Shown in pieces: positions 24,101 through 34,387 of a DNA stretch of 64,000 nucleotides. The notes beneath the pieces were generated by a model. It had not been told where the DNA came from, ran no database searches, and worked only from the letters and a program-made list of their open reading frames with translations. Numbering within the stretch: the first letter of the stretch is position 1; every line of letters starts with the position of its first letter. Location: contig OY970290.1 in the NCBI GenBank assembly GCA_963716205.1, positions 108,906 to 172,905 of the forward strand. Direction: 5' to 3'. Origin of the DNA: an uncultured bacterium. Its GTDB lineage: Bacteria; Patescibacteriota; Minisyncoccia; Phycocordibacterales; GWA1-40-21. Position numbers and translations under genes: made by a program.

Positions 24101-26731
24101 ACATGGGCGCCTAGTTTGCTTGTTGATGCAAGTGGAAATTTGCACGTTTATGTTTCAGTTGCTCCTGATGGCAGCGATTCTACGTTCAGTATTTATGAAA
24201 TGCACCCGACAAATCCAAGTGCGACAACATGGTCTGTTCCAGCTCTCATGCTTGGAACAAATAAAATTGATGCGGATACAGTTTATAACAACGGAACATA
24301 TTATCTTTGGTATAAGAATGAAACGACAAAATATATCGAATATGCAACTTCTTCCTCGCCAACCGGCCCATTCACGGTGGCAGAGACAGGTAATTGGGCC
24401 GGGTGGGGAACAGGTTTTGAAGCTCCATGTCCGGTCCAGATCAGCGCCAATGATTGGAGAATTTATCTTGATGAATATCAGAACACGTCATTTATTCATT
24501 ACAGTGATTCATACGATAATTTTGCAACATGGACTGCTCCATTGCCGATATCCACGCCAATTCCTGATTTGGACAGTGTAAGCGTCATACGATTACGTGG
24601 TATTACCCCAAGCGCCGCGCTTTCTGTCATTGGTACAACCACGACATCAGGTCTCAATATTTCAAATCTTGCGAACGGTTTTCTTGCCGTTGATGCAAAT
24701 GGAAATGTTGTTGCGACGACATCAAGCGGTTCTCAATGGACAACAAATGGCTCCAATATTTATTATACGACTGGTAATGTCAGCATTGGCACCTCAACTC
24801 CCGGTTCCGCTCTTAGTGTGGATGGCGCTATTGATGCAACATCAATATTCAGTTCCAGCATAGGACTTTTGGGAAGTTCAATGCAACCGCTCACCGCAGA
24901 TATTATTGTCGTTGGCGGTGGTGGAGCAGGCAGTTCGGGCGGTGGCGGTGGCGGTGGTTTTATTGCCACCTCAACGGAGATTTCAGATGATCCGTATGTG
25001 GTAACGGTTGGAAACGGCGGAAGTGTTACCCATGGAAATGGTTATGATTCTATTTTTGGATCATTTGATGCGGTGGGAGGAGGAGCGGGAGCGGGTATTA
25101 ACTCGGGGAGTGGAGCTAATGGCGGTTCGGGTGGTGGCGGTGGTTCTACTTGCGGCGGTGGCCCAGTATCCGCTGGTGGTTTGGGAACAACAGGTCAGGG
25201 AAATAATGGTGGAAGTGCAGCTGCCGGAAATTGCATTGTGCCTTATACATCAGGCGGCGGCGGCGGAGCTGGAGCGGCGGGTCAAAATTCAACAGCAACC
25301 ACGAACGGAAACGGTGGAATCGGAACTACAAGTTCGATTACGGGAACCGTTACTTATTATTCAGGCGGCGGCGGCAGCGGAGATTATTACGGAACAGAAC
25401 CGTTCGGAACAGGCGGTCTTGGCGGCGGCGGCAATGGCGGAAATCCGGCAACGGCAGGAACGGCAAACACCGGCGGCGGCGGCGGCGGAACTATCAACGG
25501 CGGCACATCAGGCAATGGAGGTTCCGGTGTCGTTATAATAAAATACTTAACTTCCGCAGATGGCGATGGAACCGGAGGTATAATCACTCATGTCGGCGGT
25601 TACACCATTCATACATTTACATCAAGCGGAATATTCACACCTCCGCCCCCAAGTCCGGTAATATACAATATTACCTTAGACAACAATTTGTTCAGTTTTG
25701 AAAACGGAATCTCAGCACCGAATCTTGCTGTCGGCACAACATCGTCACCGATCACCCAATTCGATGTTTATGGTTCAAGTACAAATGATCTTGCCAACTT
25801 TGCTTCCTCTTCGGGACAATCCATTCTTTATATTACTTCGACCGGTAAAGTCGGCATCGGCACCACCACACCATCAGCTACTCTAACTATCGTCGGCAAT
25901 CCCGCAAGTACAACATTAAGACTTGCCAATTTCGGCGCAGGAACTCTCATGACCGACAGTCTTGGAAATGTCTATGATAATTCTGATGAACGATTAAAGA
26001 ATATTATCGGTACCTCAACCATCGGTCTTAACGAACTCGAAGGATTAACTCCCATCAACTACTATTGGAATGCCACCTCCGGTCTTGATATGACAGATGA
26101 AAACACCGGCTTTTCCGCACAGAATGTAGAGCAATATATTCCAAACGCAGTCGCCACCGATACACGAGGCTACTTAACTCTTCAAGATCGTCCGATCATT
26201 GCGGCACTTGTCAATGCGGTGAAAGAAATCGGATCGTTCATCAGTACTATCACGGACGGTATTGCACATCTCACCGGTATTGCTATCGGCACTTCCGACA
26301 AACCGGAAGGGATTACGATGTATAGTCCGAGTGGAAATGCATTTTGTATACAAGTTTCAGATACCGGACTGATTCAAAGTTCATCGGGAGAATGCAGCAA
26401 TGCAACCTCGACAATTTCTACCGCTTCAGTTGTTTCTTCAATCAGTCAAGCTTCTGATTCTTCAAATACATTAGCTACATCCACAGCTTCAACATCGGAT
26501 AATGTATTGCAGTCATCATCAACATCGGATGATGCAAGTTCTTCCGTTGCAACAACTTCCGATCAAGATACACCGGCAACTTCAACAAATACTACACTAA
26601 CTTCACCTATTGCAACAAGCACATCGGATCAAGCGACAACAACTTCCGATACTGATATAATCGCAACAACGTCTGAAAGCGCGACTTCGCCATCTGATAC
26701 CACGGATGCCGCGACAAGCACAGGTCAGTAA
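21179..26731 (+). CDS. Giant secreted modular fibre protein 2: SGNH/GDSL esterase + GH43-like five-bladed propeller + Gly-rich domain + S74 chaperone + Ser/Thr tail
   Basis: Signal peptide; AFGDSIT, VGTNE, HPNDLGH (SGNH blocks); ARDPSIV, WAPS, IDAD, FEAP (GH43/GH32-clan acids); [10 protein letters not shown]. Confidence 0.8.
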   Translation: MNSKQKFLQTKRLRYALYIVFSLLFVFSLQRAFADIYAPGATLNPDCTMGSANCGIDFSLSSSSEPLFLAASSSLLSTTSASALYVPYTGANQNIDIGTNNLLGDNVLTLQSPNGFAFSGNATDSLAFDLNNSEVFSTFNNSSTNANGTIQVNPGDFEANFNDGSGNNGNLEVSNTGANIDFSDGSNGNGGFSLNSDGMDYGFGSSGGGGGFEVSPAYFSFDSGDSNSDDVAINVDSSESYSSFNNGNGASGNLFVNPGDFEANFNDGSGNSGSLNAANSEFDYHAQTSNGIVSGFGDNQSNFFIEDASGTNNFFIDPNTSKGNTILSSAGNIDFTSNVSIGSMINTSSNDSVSTSSILGILTPSGAYTAFGDSITNGSGGSQQSNAYVNLISTDLGVTNLVNYGYPGDFACNVATEQVFPNENPNNTSNPIYTLMVGTNEAINKGAGSYESVYEACDQASLAWLAVPSENKVFGTSSSVVLAGSWTNSNTYTTGRGTYPTVGIQSSTNGSVATFPITTTGGPIYIWYRIIDGNGGTFTYQLDGGSAVSENAFTNPEVDDNNNGNQGIALARITGVSAGSHTIAITVTSATNSGNLVPIIAVGTAPSSISSGSPKVFPSGLIYYQDDELSASTAAYNADALADADLLADDGLPIYPVNVRNYFTIAYDVSGIFGGPHPNDLGHSLIRDAFEAEMLQVAEDLSTSSENSLSLPSVAFQVSTTSSADGVADFISSSGQSALYIGADGNISIGTTTPTTALSVIGTTTTSGLNISNLSNTFLAVDANGNVVATTSPSGGSSQWATTSVGVGYDVPGIYYNIGNVGIGTTNPNDELVVTGTSTTDTVAYFGGNADIAGNAVIGNTNTLAQGLFLLVGHRYAPNLQQINIESSDDGINFSDFEQNPIWSNPDNDSPAIAAARDPSIVYYHNIYYMVYSAIPYNGGFDSNTVFGLATSSDLKNWNFVGDISVTSIGTVYWTWAPSLLVDASGNLHVYVSVAPDGSDSTFSIYEMHPTNPSATTWSVPALMLGTNKIDADTVYNNGTYYLWYKNETTKYIEYATSSSPTGPFTVAETGNWAGWGTGFEAPCPVQISANDWRIYLDEYQNTSFIHYSDSYDNFATWTAPLPISTPIPDLDSVSVIRLRGITPSAALSVIGTTTTSGLNISNLANGFLAVDANGNVVATTSSGSQWTTNGSNIYYTTGNVSIGTSTPGSALSVDGAIDATSIFSSSIGLLGSSMQPLTADIIVVGGGGAGSSGGGGGGGFIATSTEISDDPYVVTVGNGGSVTHGNGYDSIFGSFDAVGGGAGAGINSGSGANGGSGGGGGSTCGGGPVSAGGLGTTGQGNNGGSAAAGNCIVPYTSGGGGGAGAAGQNSTATTNGNGGIGTTSSITGTVTYYSGGGGSGDYYGTEPFGTGGLGGGGNGGNPATAGTANTGGGGGGTINGGTSGNGGSGVVIIKYLTSADGDGTGGIITHVGGYTIHTFTSSGIFTPPPPSPVIYNITLDNNLFSFENGISAPNLAVGTTSSPITQFDVYGSSTNDLANFASSSGQSILYITSTGKVGIGTTTPSATLTIVGNPASTTLRLANFGAGTLMTDSLGNVYDNSDERLKNIIGTSTIGLNELEGLTPINYYWNATSGLDMTDENTGFSAQNVEQYIPNAVATDTRGYLTLQDRPIIAALVNAVKEIGSFISTITDGIAHLTGIAIGTSDKPEGITMYSPSGNAFCIQVSDTGLIQSSSGECSNATSTISTASVVSSISQASDSSNTLATSTASTSDNVLQSSSTSDDASSSVATTSDQDTPATSTNTTLTSPIATSTSDQATTTSDTDIIATTSESATSPSDTTDAATSTGQ
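25851..26323 (+). repeat. 473-bp near-identical direct repeat, copy 2
   Basis: Matches 20251-20723. Confidence 0.95.
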
Positions 26732-26745
26732 TTATTTTTTTGAAT

Positions 26746-28530
26746 ATGCGCATTACATTTTATAAATATTATTTTCTTTTTTTACTCTTCTTTTTTTTCA
26801 TTCCCGCAATTTCTTTTGCCAATACCGGTACAATCGGAAGCACAACAAATGCTGCATGGAGCAATGAAATCGGCTGGATAAATTTTGCGCCAACAAACGG
26901 GGGAGTAGTTGTGAACGATTCATCTTTGACTGGTTCGGCATGGTCTCAAGATTACGGCTGGATTAATTTTGCCCCGACGAACGGCGGCGTGACAAATGAC
27001 GGACAAGGGAATCTCGGAGGAACCGCATGGGGGGATAATGTTGGATGGATTAGTTTTTCTGGAGTGACAATCAATACGACAACAGGAAAATTTTCAGGAC
27101 AGGCTACGGGCACAATTATTGGAACACTGACATTTGATTGTACCAATTGCGATGTTGCAACTGATTGGAGACCGACAACGGTTACTCCACCACCGTCATC
27201 TGGTGGAGGCGGAGGTGGAGGCGGAGCGCCGGGAGCTGGCGGAACAGGTGGCGGCAGTTCTCCATCTCCGACACCTACCCCTTCTCCAACCCCAACACCT
27301 TCTCCAACTCCATCTCCGACACCTACCCCTGAACCTACACCAACCCCAACTCCTGTTCCATCTCCAACACCCTCGCCAACCCCATCCCCCACACCAACAC
27401 CAACGCCAACCCCAACTTCCGGACCAAGTATAACTTCTGTTATTAGCGGATCAATTTCATCCGTCGGTTCATTTATTACTTCAGCCGCAAATGGATTCAT
27501 TACCAATTTAAATACTATTTATAACAACGCTCCGGCCTCGATAAAAAATACCGTTACTGTTACGAAACAATTTGTCCAGACAAAAACCGGTTCAGCTATA
27601 ACAAAAACAATTTCAACAATCGGTGTTGTGACGGGCATTTCACTTCCCGTTGCTGTTGCAGCAACTTCATTTTCAGATTTATGGCTTATTTTTGTAAGAA
27701 TGTTCGGATTATTCTTTGAAATATTTGGTATTCGCAAAAAATCCCGTCCATGGGGCACGGTATATGATTCCATCACCAAGCGTCCGCTTGACCCCGTTCT
27801 TGTCACTCTCATCAATGTTGAAACAGATAAGCAGATCACTTCAGCCATTACGGATATCGATGGGCGATACGGATTTCTCGTTTCTCCCGGCACATATCGG
27901 ATTGAAGCCAGGAAAACCGATTACACATCTCCATCGCTCAAGATGAAAGGCAGATCATTTGATGAAGTCTATAATGATCTGTATTTTGGAGAAAATATAA
28001 CTGTTGTAAATGAGGAAGAAACAATTACCAAAAATATTCCTATGGATTCAATATCGTTCAACTGGAATGAATTTGCCAAGACAAAAATGGATGTGAATAA
28101 ATTTATTAAAGGCAGAGACATTACCTGGGCCCGCATTTCCAAATTCCTTTTTGTCATCGGAGCTCTCGTTGCACTCATTGCCGTTCTCATTGTTCCAGAA
28201 CCGTATAATTTTATTATCGCCGGATTCTACATTCTCGCATATATATTGAACTATGTGGTATTTACGACGAAGAAAGCCGGCACTCTGATAGAAAAATCCA
28301 CCAATTTGCCCCTCTCATTTGCCATTATCAATATTTTTCGAGAAGGTGAAACGGCTCCGTTCACTAAGAAAATCGCTGACAAGTTTGGCGATTATTACGC
28401 GCTGGTTCCCAAAGGCAGATATTATTTGAAAGTTGAAAAGAAAAATGACGATGAGACCTATACAGCTCTTTTCCAGACATCACTTTTTGATGTGAAAAAT
28501 GGAGTGATCAATGTCAATATTACGGGATAA
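26746..28530 (+). CDS. Surface/membrane protein: AWSxxxGWInF repeats, Gly and Pro-Thr/Ser stalk, carboxypeptidase-regulatory-like domains and TM helices
   Basis: Signal peptide; three AW.{4}GWI.F repeats; (PT/PS)n; [14 protein letters not shown]...[15 protein letters not shown]; two late TM helices. Confidence 0.75.
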   Translation: MRITFYKYYFLFLLFFFFIPAISFANTGTIGSTTNAAWSNEIGWINFAPTNGGVVVNDSSLTGSAWSQDYGWINFAPTNGGVTNDGQGNLGGTAWGDNVGWISFSGVTINTTTGKFSGQATGTIIGTLTFDCTNCDVATDWRPTTVTPPPSSGGGGGGGGAPGAGGTGGGSSPSPTPTPSPTPTPSPTPSPTPTPEPTPTPTPVPSPTPSPTPSPTPTPTPTPTSGPSITSVISGSISSVGSFITSAANGFITNLNTIYNNAPASIKNTVTVTKQFVQTKTGSAITKTISTIGVVTGISLPVAVAATSFSDLWLIFVRMFGLFFEIFGIRKKSRPWGTVYDSITKRPLDPVLVTLINVETDKQITSAITDIDGRYGFLVSPGTYRIEARKTDYTSPSLKMKGRSFDEVYNDLYFGENITVVNEEETITKNIPMDSISFNWNEFAKTKMDVNKFIKGRDITWARISKFLFVIGALVALIAVLIVPEPYNFIIAGFYILAYILNYVVFTTKKAGTLIEKSTNLPLSFAIINIFREGETAPFTKKIADKFGDYYALVPKGRYYLKVEKKNDDETYTALFQTSLFDVKNGVINVNITG

Positions 28531-28543
28531 TACAAAGACTATT

Positions 28544-29026
28544 TTACGGGGTCACATCGTAGCAGAGATCTGGATTTGAAGGTCCAATCGAACCGGAAAC
28601 ACAATTATCCGCTTGCCCGTTGAATCCGACATTAATATGTTTTGCGCTGGTAAGAACTGCATTTGCCGTACTTGAGAGCGCTATGCCCAAATGATACGAA
28701 GCGCAATCTGAAGAACAAACAATAGTATTTGTTATGTCGGTGCTCTGATATTTTATATTGGGATTTATCGACGGGATGTATTTTGGCACAAGGGCGGTGA
28801 TTAAATCAGTATAAGAACTTCCCGTCGGATAATATCCGTTGTCGGTAAAATACAACTGTAATGCTTTTTGGACCTGCTGCAAATCTTCTATTTTTGCGGA
28901 GTCATTTCCTTTATTTGTTGCGGAGCTTAACATAAAAAGCGCGACCGCGGAAAGGACGGCGATGATACCAATCACAATGAGCAATTCTATCAAAGTGAAT
29001 CCGTTTTTTTGTTTTTGATGGAACAT
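28544..29026 (-). CDS. Type IV pilin / pseudopilin (prepilin N-terminal cleavage-methylation motif)
   Basis: MFHQKQKNG|FTLIELLIVIGIIAVL; GspG-like LQQVQKALQLYFTDNGYYP; C-terminal Cys pairs. Confidence 0.88.
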   Translation of the reverse strand: MFHQKQKNGFTLIELLIVIGIIAVLSAVALFMLSSATNKGNDSAKIEDLQQVQKALQLYFTDNGYYPTGSSYTDLITALVPKYIPSINPNIKYQSTDITNTIVCSSDCASYHLGIALSSTANAVLTSAKHINVGFNGQADNCVSGSIGPSNPDLCYDVTP

Positions 29027-29060
29027 GAATATTTTGTTACATTGATATGCCCGTATTCTA

Positions 29061-30209
29061 TCACATTGAATACATCGCGATAGTCTTTTCAATCATAGTT
29101 TTCAGACTGAATTCGAAGTCGATTTTTTTCTTCAGTTTTTTGCCGAAAATTTCTATTTTTTTGCGGTTTTCCAAAACGTATTCTATCGCCCGCTGTATTT
29201 CTTCTGAACTTTTCGATCGTATGAGGATTCCTGTTTCGTTATTTTCTACAATTTCCGGTATGCCGCCGACATTACTGGCAATGATAGGCAGTTCGGCGGC
29301 GCCGGCTTCAAGAAGTGCATAGGGAAGCGCTTCAGTCACGGAAGTTAGGGTGAACATATCAAAAGCTTTCAGATACATTGAAGCAGATTCGATTCTTCCG
29401 AGTAAGAATATTTTTTGTTCGACTTTCAATCTGCGGATCAATTGTTCCAAATTTTTCTTTTCCTCGCCGTCTCCAATGACGGTGAAAACAACATTCGGTA
29501 TTTTTGCAATCGCCTTCATGGCGAAGTTCAAACCTTTTGTTTTATGAAGCTCGGATATCGTGCCGATCCAGACCGGATTTTTTGAAAATATTTCCGCGGC
29601 GCTTGGATTTTCGCTAAGTATTTTTTGCGACAAGAACTCCCGGGCCAAAGTTTTCTCTTCAAAATCAATGGGTCGCAAGCCATTCCGTATGACAATCATT
29701 TTTTTATTCCATGGTTTGCCGATTTGATCATATGTTATTTTTGATACGGCGACCGTCTGGTGGGCAAGGAGGATAGTAAGAATATGGAAAAATCTCGCAA
29801 ATATTTTTTGCCACCACGGTCTATCTTCATTAAAAGCCCAGCCGTGCCCAGTGAAAATTATTTTTTTAATACCAACGATCCTTCCGACAAACGCTCCCAT
29901 ACCGCCCATTTTGGAGCTGTTGAGATGGATGATATCCGGTTTTTCCTTTTGAAAAATATGGAAGAGCTCAAAAAATAATCCGAATTCTTTCAGTATGTTG
30001 ATATTCCGTTGTGAATTTTTCAGTGGAATTGTTTTAACTCCGGCTTCATCAAGCTTTTTTTTCAGCTCGCTGCTGCCGCCGAGAAGGACAGAGACCTCAA
30101 ACTGTTCTCTCGGAATATTCGTGGCAATGTCATAGACATATTTTTGCGCTCCACCCCAATTTGATTTGGTGATGCAGATGAAAACCTTCTTTTTCGACTG
30201 TTCGGTCAT
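29061..30209 (-). CDS. Glycosyltransferase family 4
   Basis: WGGAQKY, IIHLNSSK, TGHGW, EALPYALLEA, ASNVGGIPE. Confidence 0.9.
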   Translation of the reverse strand: MTEQSKKKVFICITKSNWGGAQKYVYDIATNIPREQFEVSVLLGGSSELKKKLDEAGVKTIPLKNSQRNINILKEFGLFFELFHIFQKEKPDIIHLNSSKMGGMGAFVGRIVGIKKIIFTGHGWAFNEDRPWWQKIFARFFHILTILLAHQTVAVSKITYDQIGKPWNKKMIVIRNGLRPIDFEEKTLAREFLSQKILSENPSAAEIFSKNPVWIGTISELHKTKGLNFAMKAIAKIPNVVFTVIGDGEEKKNLEQLIRRLKVEQKIFLLGRIESASMYLKAFDMFTLTSVTEALPYALLEAGAAELPIIASNVGGIPEIVENNETGILIRSKSSEEIQRAIEYVLENRKKIEIFGKKLKKKIDFEFSLKTMIEKTIAMYSM

Positions 30210-30257
30210 GAGCTTCCATTATATAAAAAAAATGCTACAATTTCTAGCACATAATTT

Positions 30258-31610
30258 ATGCGTATTTTCAACAAAAAAGAGCCAATACTCCTTTTTCTGG
30301 GGGATATCATCATCTTTGCCGTTTCTTTAATGCTTGCTCTTTTGATACGCGGAGGGGATGATCTTTTTTGGAAGACATATCAGAATTATGTTCTGCCGTT
30401 TGCCATTATATTTCTCCTGTGGGCGCTGGTATTTTTCATTGCCGGATTGTATGACAAATATACAACGATTCTGAAAGACAAGATTTCCTCGACCATACTG
30501 AATGCCGAGCTCGTGAACAGTGCTCTTGCCATCGCATTCTTTTATTTGATTCCGTACTTCGGTATTACTCCGAAAACTTTGCTCTTTATTGATTTGGTCA
30601 TTACATTCATTCTTATCTATGGATGGAGGATTTACAGTCATCAGCTTTTCGGACTGAAAAGAAAAGAGCCGGCGATCATTGTCGGCTCGGGCGATGATAT
30701 GAAAGAGCTTGAAAAGGAAGTCAATGACAATCCACGATCCGAGTTGCAATTCGTTTCATCCATCGATCTCGACAAAATATCGGGAATTGATTTTGTCGAT
30801 GAGATTGCAGACAGGATATACGCCGAGCATATCGGCATCATTGTCATCGATCTGAAAGACGAGCGCGTGGAGCCGATCCTGCCGCATTTGTATAATCTGA
30901 TTTTTTCCGGTGTGCGGTTCATTGATATGTATAAAGTCTACGAGGATGTTTTTGATCGCGAGCCGCTTTCGCTTGTCCGCTACAATTGGTTTCTGGAAAA
31001 TCTTTCATTCTCGCCAAAATTTACCTATGATACACTCAAACGTTTTGCGGATATTATATTCGGACTTGTCGGAGGAATCGTTTCTCTCGTTTTTTATCCG
31101 TTTGTTATTGTCCTGCTTTTATGCGACGAAGGACATGGTATTTTCAGCATTCAGGAGAGAATCGGCAAGGACAATAAGATCATAAAAATGTACAAATTCC
31201 GCACGATGAAAATCGCTAATGACGCGGGCAAGTGGAATACCGGCGAGAAAAATTACGTGACGAAGATCGGTAAATTTTTGAGAAAGACTCGTCTTGATGA
31301 ATTGCCCCAGCTTTGGAATCTGCTCTTCGGTGATGTTTCCCTTATCGGTCCACGACCGGAATTTCCCGATGCAGTGAAAACGTATGAAGAGGAAATTCCG
31401 TATTATGGTATTCGACACCTCATCAAACCGGGTCTTTCCGGCTGGGCAATATTGCATATAGCCAAGGATGCTCATCACGGTATCGGCATCAGCGAAACAA
31501 AAGAAAAACTTTCTTATGATTTGTATTATGTAAAAAATCGTTCATTTATGCTTGATGTTGTGATTACTTTGAAGACAATCAAGAAATTATTGTCGATTGC
31601 AGGAGAATAA
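30258..31610 (+). CDS. Polyprenyl-phosphate sugar phosphotransferase (WcaJ/WbaP-like priming transferase)
   Basis: 4+1 TM helices; KRFADI, KFRTM, RKTRLDELPQLWN, SLIGPRPE, KPGLSGWA, DLYY. Confidence 0.92.
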   Translation: MRIFNKKEPILLFLGDIIIFAVSLMLALLIRGGDDLFWKTYQNYVLPFAIIFLLWALVFFIAGLYDKYTTILKDKISSTILNAELVNSALAIAFFYLIPYFGITPKTLLFIDLVITFILIYGWRIYSHQLFGLKRKEPAIIVGSGDDMKELEKEVNDNPRSELQFVSSIDLDKISGIDFVDEIADRIYAEHIGIIVIDLKDERVEPILPHLYNLIFSGVRFIDMYKVYEDVFDREPLSLVRYNWFLENLSFSPKFTYDTLKRFADIIFGLVGGIVSLVFYPFVIVLLLCDEGHGIFSIQERIGKDNKIIKMYKFRTMKIANDAGKWNTGEKNYVTKIGKFLRKTRLDELPQLWNLLFGDVSLIGPRPEFPDAVKTYEEEIPYYGIRHLIKPGLSGWAILHIAKDAHHGIGISETKEKLSYDLYYVKNRSFMLDVVITLKTIKKLLSIAGE

Positions 31611-31656
31611 AAATCCTGTTGCAAAATATCGAAAAATAGTTATACTAAAACGCATT

Positions 31657-33045
31657 ATGATCAAGAGAAGATTCTGGGCAGTTGTCCTCATACTGGTTGC
31701 CGCACTTATCGGATATTTTGTCTATGCAACGCAAAAAAATCCTTCATCGAATTTTCCATTCCGGCTCGGTCTTGATCTCGACGGCGGAACAGAGCTTGTC
31801 TACAAGCCGGATCTTTCAAGCACTTCGACAGTTCCAACGGATTTGGCGAGTTCAATGAGTGTTCTTCGCGATGTTATTGAGCGAAGAGTCAATACGTTCG
31901 GCGTTTCCGAGCCGGTCGTTCGTGTTGAGCAAGTAGGCTTTACCGGTTCATCCGACAACGAACAGCTGATCGTCGATCTTCCCGGAGTGACCAATATCGA
32001 TCAAGCGGTTGCTATGATCGGCGCCACACCAACACTTGATTTCCGACTTCTCGCATCAAGCTCCACCAATTTTACCGAAGCTCAATTGCAGGCGGAAATC
32101 GCATCGACGAGCATGGACAGCGTTTTTATTCCGACCGGTTTGACCGGAGAATATCTAGAGAGTTCACAGCTTCAGTTTGATCCGACATCCGGCGAGCCGG
32201 AAGTTTCGCTTCAGTTCAATTCAAAAGGCGCGGATCTTTTTGCAAGCATTACCAAAAACAATGTCGGCAGAAAACTTGCGATTTTCCTCGACGGATACAT
32301 GGAATCTTTGCCGACCATTCAGGAAGAAATCGACGGCGGACAAGCGGTCATCTCCGGCGGCTTTACCGGAAGTACCGGCATCAAAGATGCGCAAAGCTTG
32401 GTGAACAATCTTAATCTTGGCGCTCTTCCGATTCCGATTCAGCTTATTTCAACGCAGACGGTCGGCGCATCGCTCGGACACGACGCAGTCCAAGCTTCGA
32501 CGAAAGCCGGCATCATCGCGTTTATTGTCATTGCAATTTTCCTCATTTTGATTTACCGGTTGCCGGGGTTGCTCGCGGTCATCGCACTTTGTATTTACAC
32601 GATCATCAACTTGGCGATTTTCAAATTGATTCCCGTGACGCTCACTTCCGCCGGCATTGCCGCATTCATTCTTTCCGTCGGTATGGCAGTCGATGCAAAC
32701 ATTCTTATTTTTGAAAGAATGAAAGAAGAATTCAGAAGGGGACGGGAAATCGGCGACGCGGTCTCCGAAGGTTTCCACAGAGCATGGACATCGATCCGTG
32801 ATTCGAATATTTCCTCGATGATTACAGCAGTCATTCTTTATATGTTTTCAAGCACGTCAGTTGTAAAAGGTTTTGCACTCGTCTTCTTCATTGGCGTTGC
32901 CGTTTCCATGTTCACTGCGATCACCGCATCAAGAACTCTGCTTCTTGCGATCAAACACGATCACGCGGGCAAATTTCTAAAATGGCTTTTTGGCGGTTCA
33001 ATGAAAAATCCGGTTAGCACAGAAATTAACACGAACAAAAAATAA
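31657..33045 (+). CDS. secD: Protein translocase subunit SecD
   Basis: LGLDLDGG, ERRVNTFGVSEP, VGMAVDANILIFER; start re-called at ATG 31657. Confidence 0.95.
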   Translation: MIKRRFWAVVLILVAALIGYFVYATQKNPSSNFPFRLGLDLDGGTELVYKPDLSSTSTVPTDLASSMSVLRDVIERRVNTFGVSEPVVRVEQVGFTGSSDNEQLIVDLPGVTNIDQAVAMIGATPTLDFRLLASSSTNFTEAQLQAEIASTSMDSVFIPTGLTGEYLESSQLQFDPTSGEPEVSLQFNSKGADLFASITKNNVGRKLAIFLDGYMESLPTIQEEIDGGQAVISGGFTGSTGIKDAQSLVNNLNLGALPIPIQLISTQTVGASLGHDAVQASTKAGIIAFIVIAIFLILIYRLPGLLAVIALCIYTIINLAIFKLIPVTLTSAGIAAFILSVGMAVDANILIFERMKEEFRRGREIGDAVSEGFHRAWTSIRDSNISSMITAVILYMFSSTSVVKGFALVFFIGVAVSMFTAITASRTLLLAIKHDHAGKFLKWLFGGSMKNPVSTEINTNKK

Positions 33046-33046
33046 C

Positions 33047-33982
33047 ATGTTTATCGTCAAACACAGAAGAATATTTTATACGTTCTCACTTCTGCTTGTC
33101 GCCGCATCAATAGCTGCGCTCTGCACGTGGGGAATGTCATTCGGCATTGATTTTACCGGCGGTTCATCCGTTCAATTCCAATATGCAAACGGCAGACCAA
33201 GTATTGCCGCTGTTGAATCAGAAATCAATTCGCTCACATTTACTCCGTCCATCAAAGGCGAATATTCACTCGTGCCAAGCGGTACAGATAGCTATACTTT
33301 GGATTTAAGAACGATTACCGATACCGAACGATCGCTTTTGACCGGTGTTCTTTCAAGCGACGCTTCAAATACTCCGACCATTAGTCAGTTCAGCTCGATC
33401 GGTCCCGTGCTCGGACAAGAAGCCGCGTCAAAATCAATCATGGCGATTATTCTCGTGATTCTTTGTATCGTTCTTTTCATTACTTTTGCATTCAGGAAAG
33501 TTTCAGAGCCGGTCTCAAGCTGGAAATACGGCATGGTCTCGATCATCGCGCTCTGTCACGACATCATTATTCCGACAGGCGTATTCATAGTCCTCGGACA
33601 TTTCTTGCCGGGCTATCAGATCGATACACTTTTTGTCACCGCTATCCTTGTCATCCTCGGTTTCTCGATCCATGATACCATCGTCGTGTTTGATAGAGTC
33701 CGCGAAAATCTCAAAAACAATCACAGCGTGAAAAATCCAAAACCATTTGATGAAGTTGTTGGTGCGTCCATCAGTCAGACATTTGTGAGATCCATCAACA
33801 CTTCGCTCACCACACTTCTTGCTATTCTTGTTGTGTATCTCGTCGGTCCTGTCGCGACGCAGCATTTCGCTCTCGCGCTTCTTGTCGGTATTTTCTTCGG
33901 AACATATTCTTCGATCTTCATCGGTTCAAACTTGCTCGTGACTCTTCAGAAAATGCAGGAGAAGAAAGGAGGGAAGAAATAA
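33047..33982 (+). CDS. secF: Protein translocase subunit SecF
   Basis: GIDFTGG, GFSIHDTIVVFDRVRE, RSINTSLTT, GTYSSIFI. Confidence 0.96.
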   Translation: MFIVKHRRIFYTFSLLLVAASIAALCTWGMSFGIDFTGGSSVQFQYANGRPSIAAVESEINSLTFTPSIKGEYSLVPSGTDSYTLDLRTITDTERSLLTGVLSSDASNTPTISQFSSIGPVLGQEAASKSIMAIILVILCIVLFITFAFRKVSEPVSSWKYGMVSIIALCHDIIIPTGVFIVLGHFLPGYQIDTLFVTAILVILGFSIHDTIVVFDRVRENLKNNHSVKNPKPFDEVVGASISQTFVRSINTSLTTLLAILVVYLVGPVATQHFALALLVGIFFGTYSSIFIGSNLLVTLQKMQEKKGGKK

Positions 33983-33987
33983 TTAAA

Positions 33988-34033
33988 AAAGCCATGAAAA
34001 AATCACCTTTTGAGGTGATTTTTTCATGGCTTT
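33988..34033 (+). terminator. Intrinsic terminator after secF
   Basis: 21-bp stem AAAGCCATGAAAAAATCACCT-TTTG-AGGTGATTTTTTCATGGCTTT. Confidence 0.8.
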
Positions 34034-34075
34034 AAATAAGCCTTTTTTATTAAACTAGACTAACTCAAGAATTGC

Positions 34076-34103
34076 TTGACTTCACTCTTGTTATGAGTAT
34101 AAT
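34076..34103 (+). promoter_or_regulatory. Promoter of the stand-alone 16S gene
   Basis: TTGACT-N16-TATAAT. Confidence 0.75.
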
Positions 34104-34387
34104 AGCAAAGCTGTCTTTTAATAAGGATACGCCATTTTTTTTCACTAAAAAACGGCGATATCCAACGTTGTTTTCTTAAATAACATTTAGGAGGCAGTGT
34201 TCATTTACAACCGAATAGTACAAGATTTAAAGATACATCATTTTTTACATGAGAATGATGTATGAGATAGTGCGAGTCTAGTCTCAAACTCTAAAATCGT
34301 TTCAAGTGAATTAAATAAATGAATTATAGAAATATTATTTTTTATTTTGTTCCGTTTCCGAAACAAATAATTCTTCAAAAGATTATT

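Noticed and set aside
20251-26323. 473-bp repeat pair as a diversity-generating retroelement TR/VR
   Set aside because: Differences are mostly synonymous C/T changes rather than adenine-specific, both copies are coding, and no reverse transcriptase gene is present.
15912-26731. Prophage tail region
   Set aside because: Both proteins have signal peptides and no terminase, capsid, portal, baseplate or integrase genes flank them.
26952-27506. Minus-strand GVGVG-repeat ORF (also 20666-21205 and 20036-20350)
   Set aside because: Antisense shadows of Pro-Thr, Ser/Thr and Gly-rich low-complexity coding sequence.
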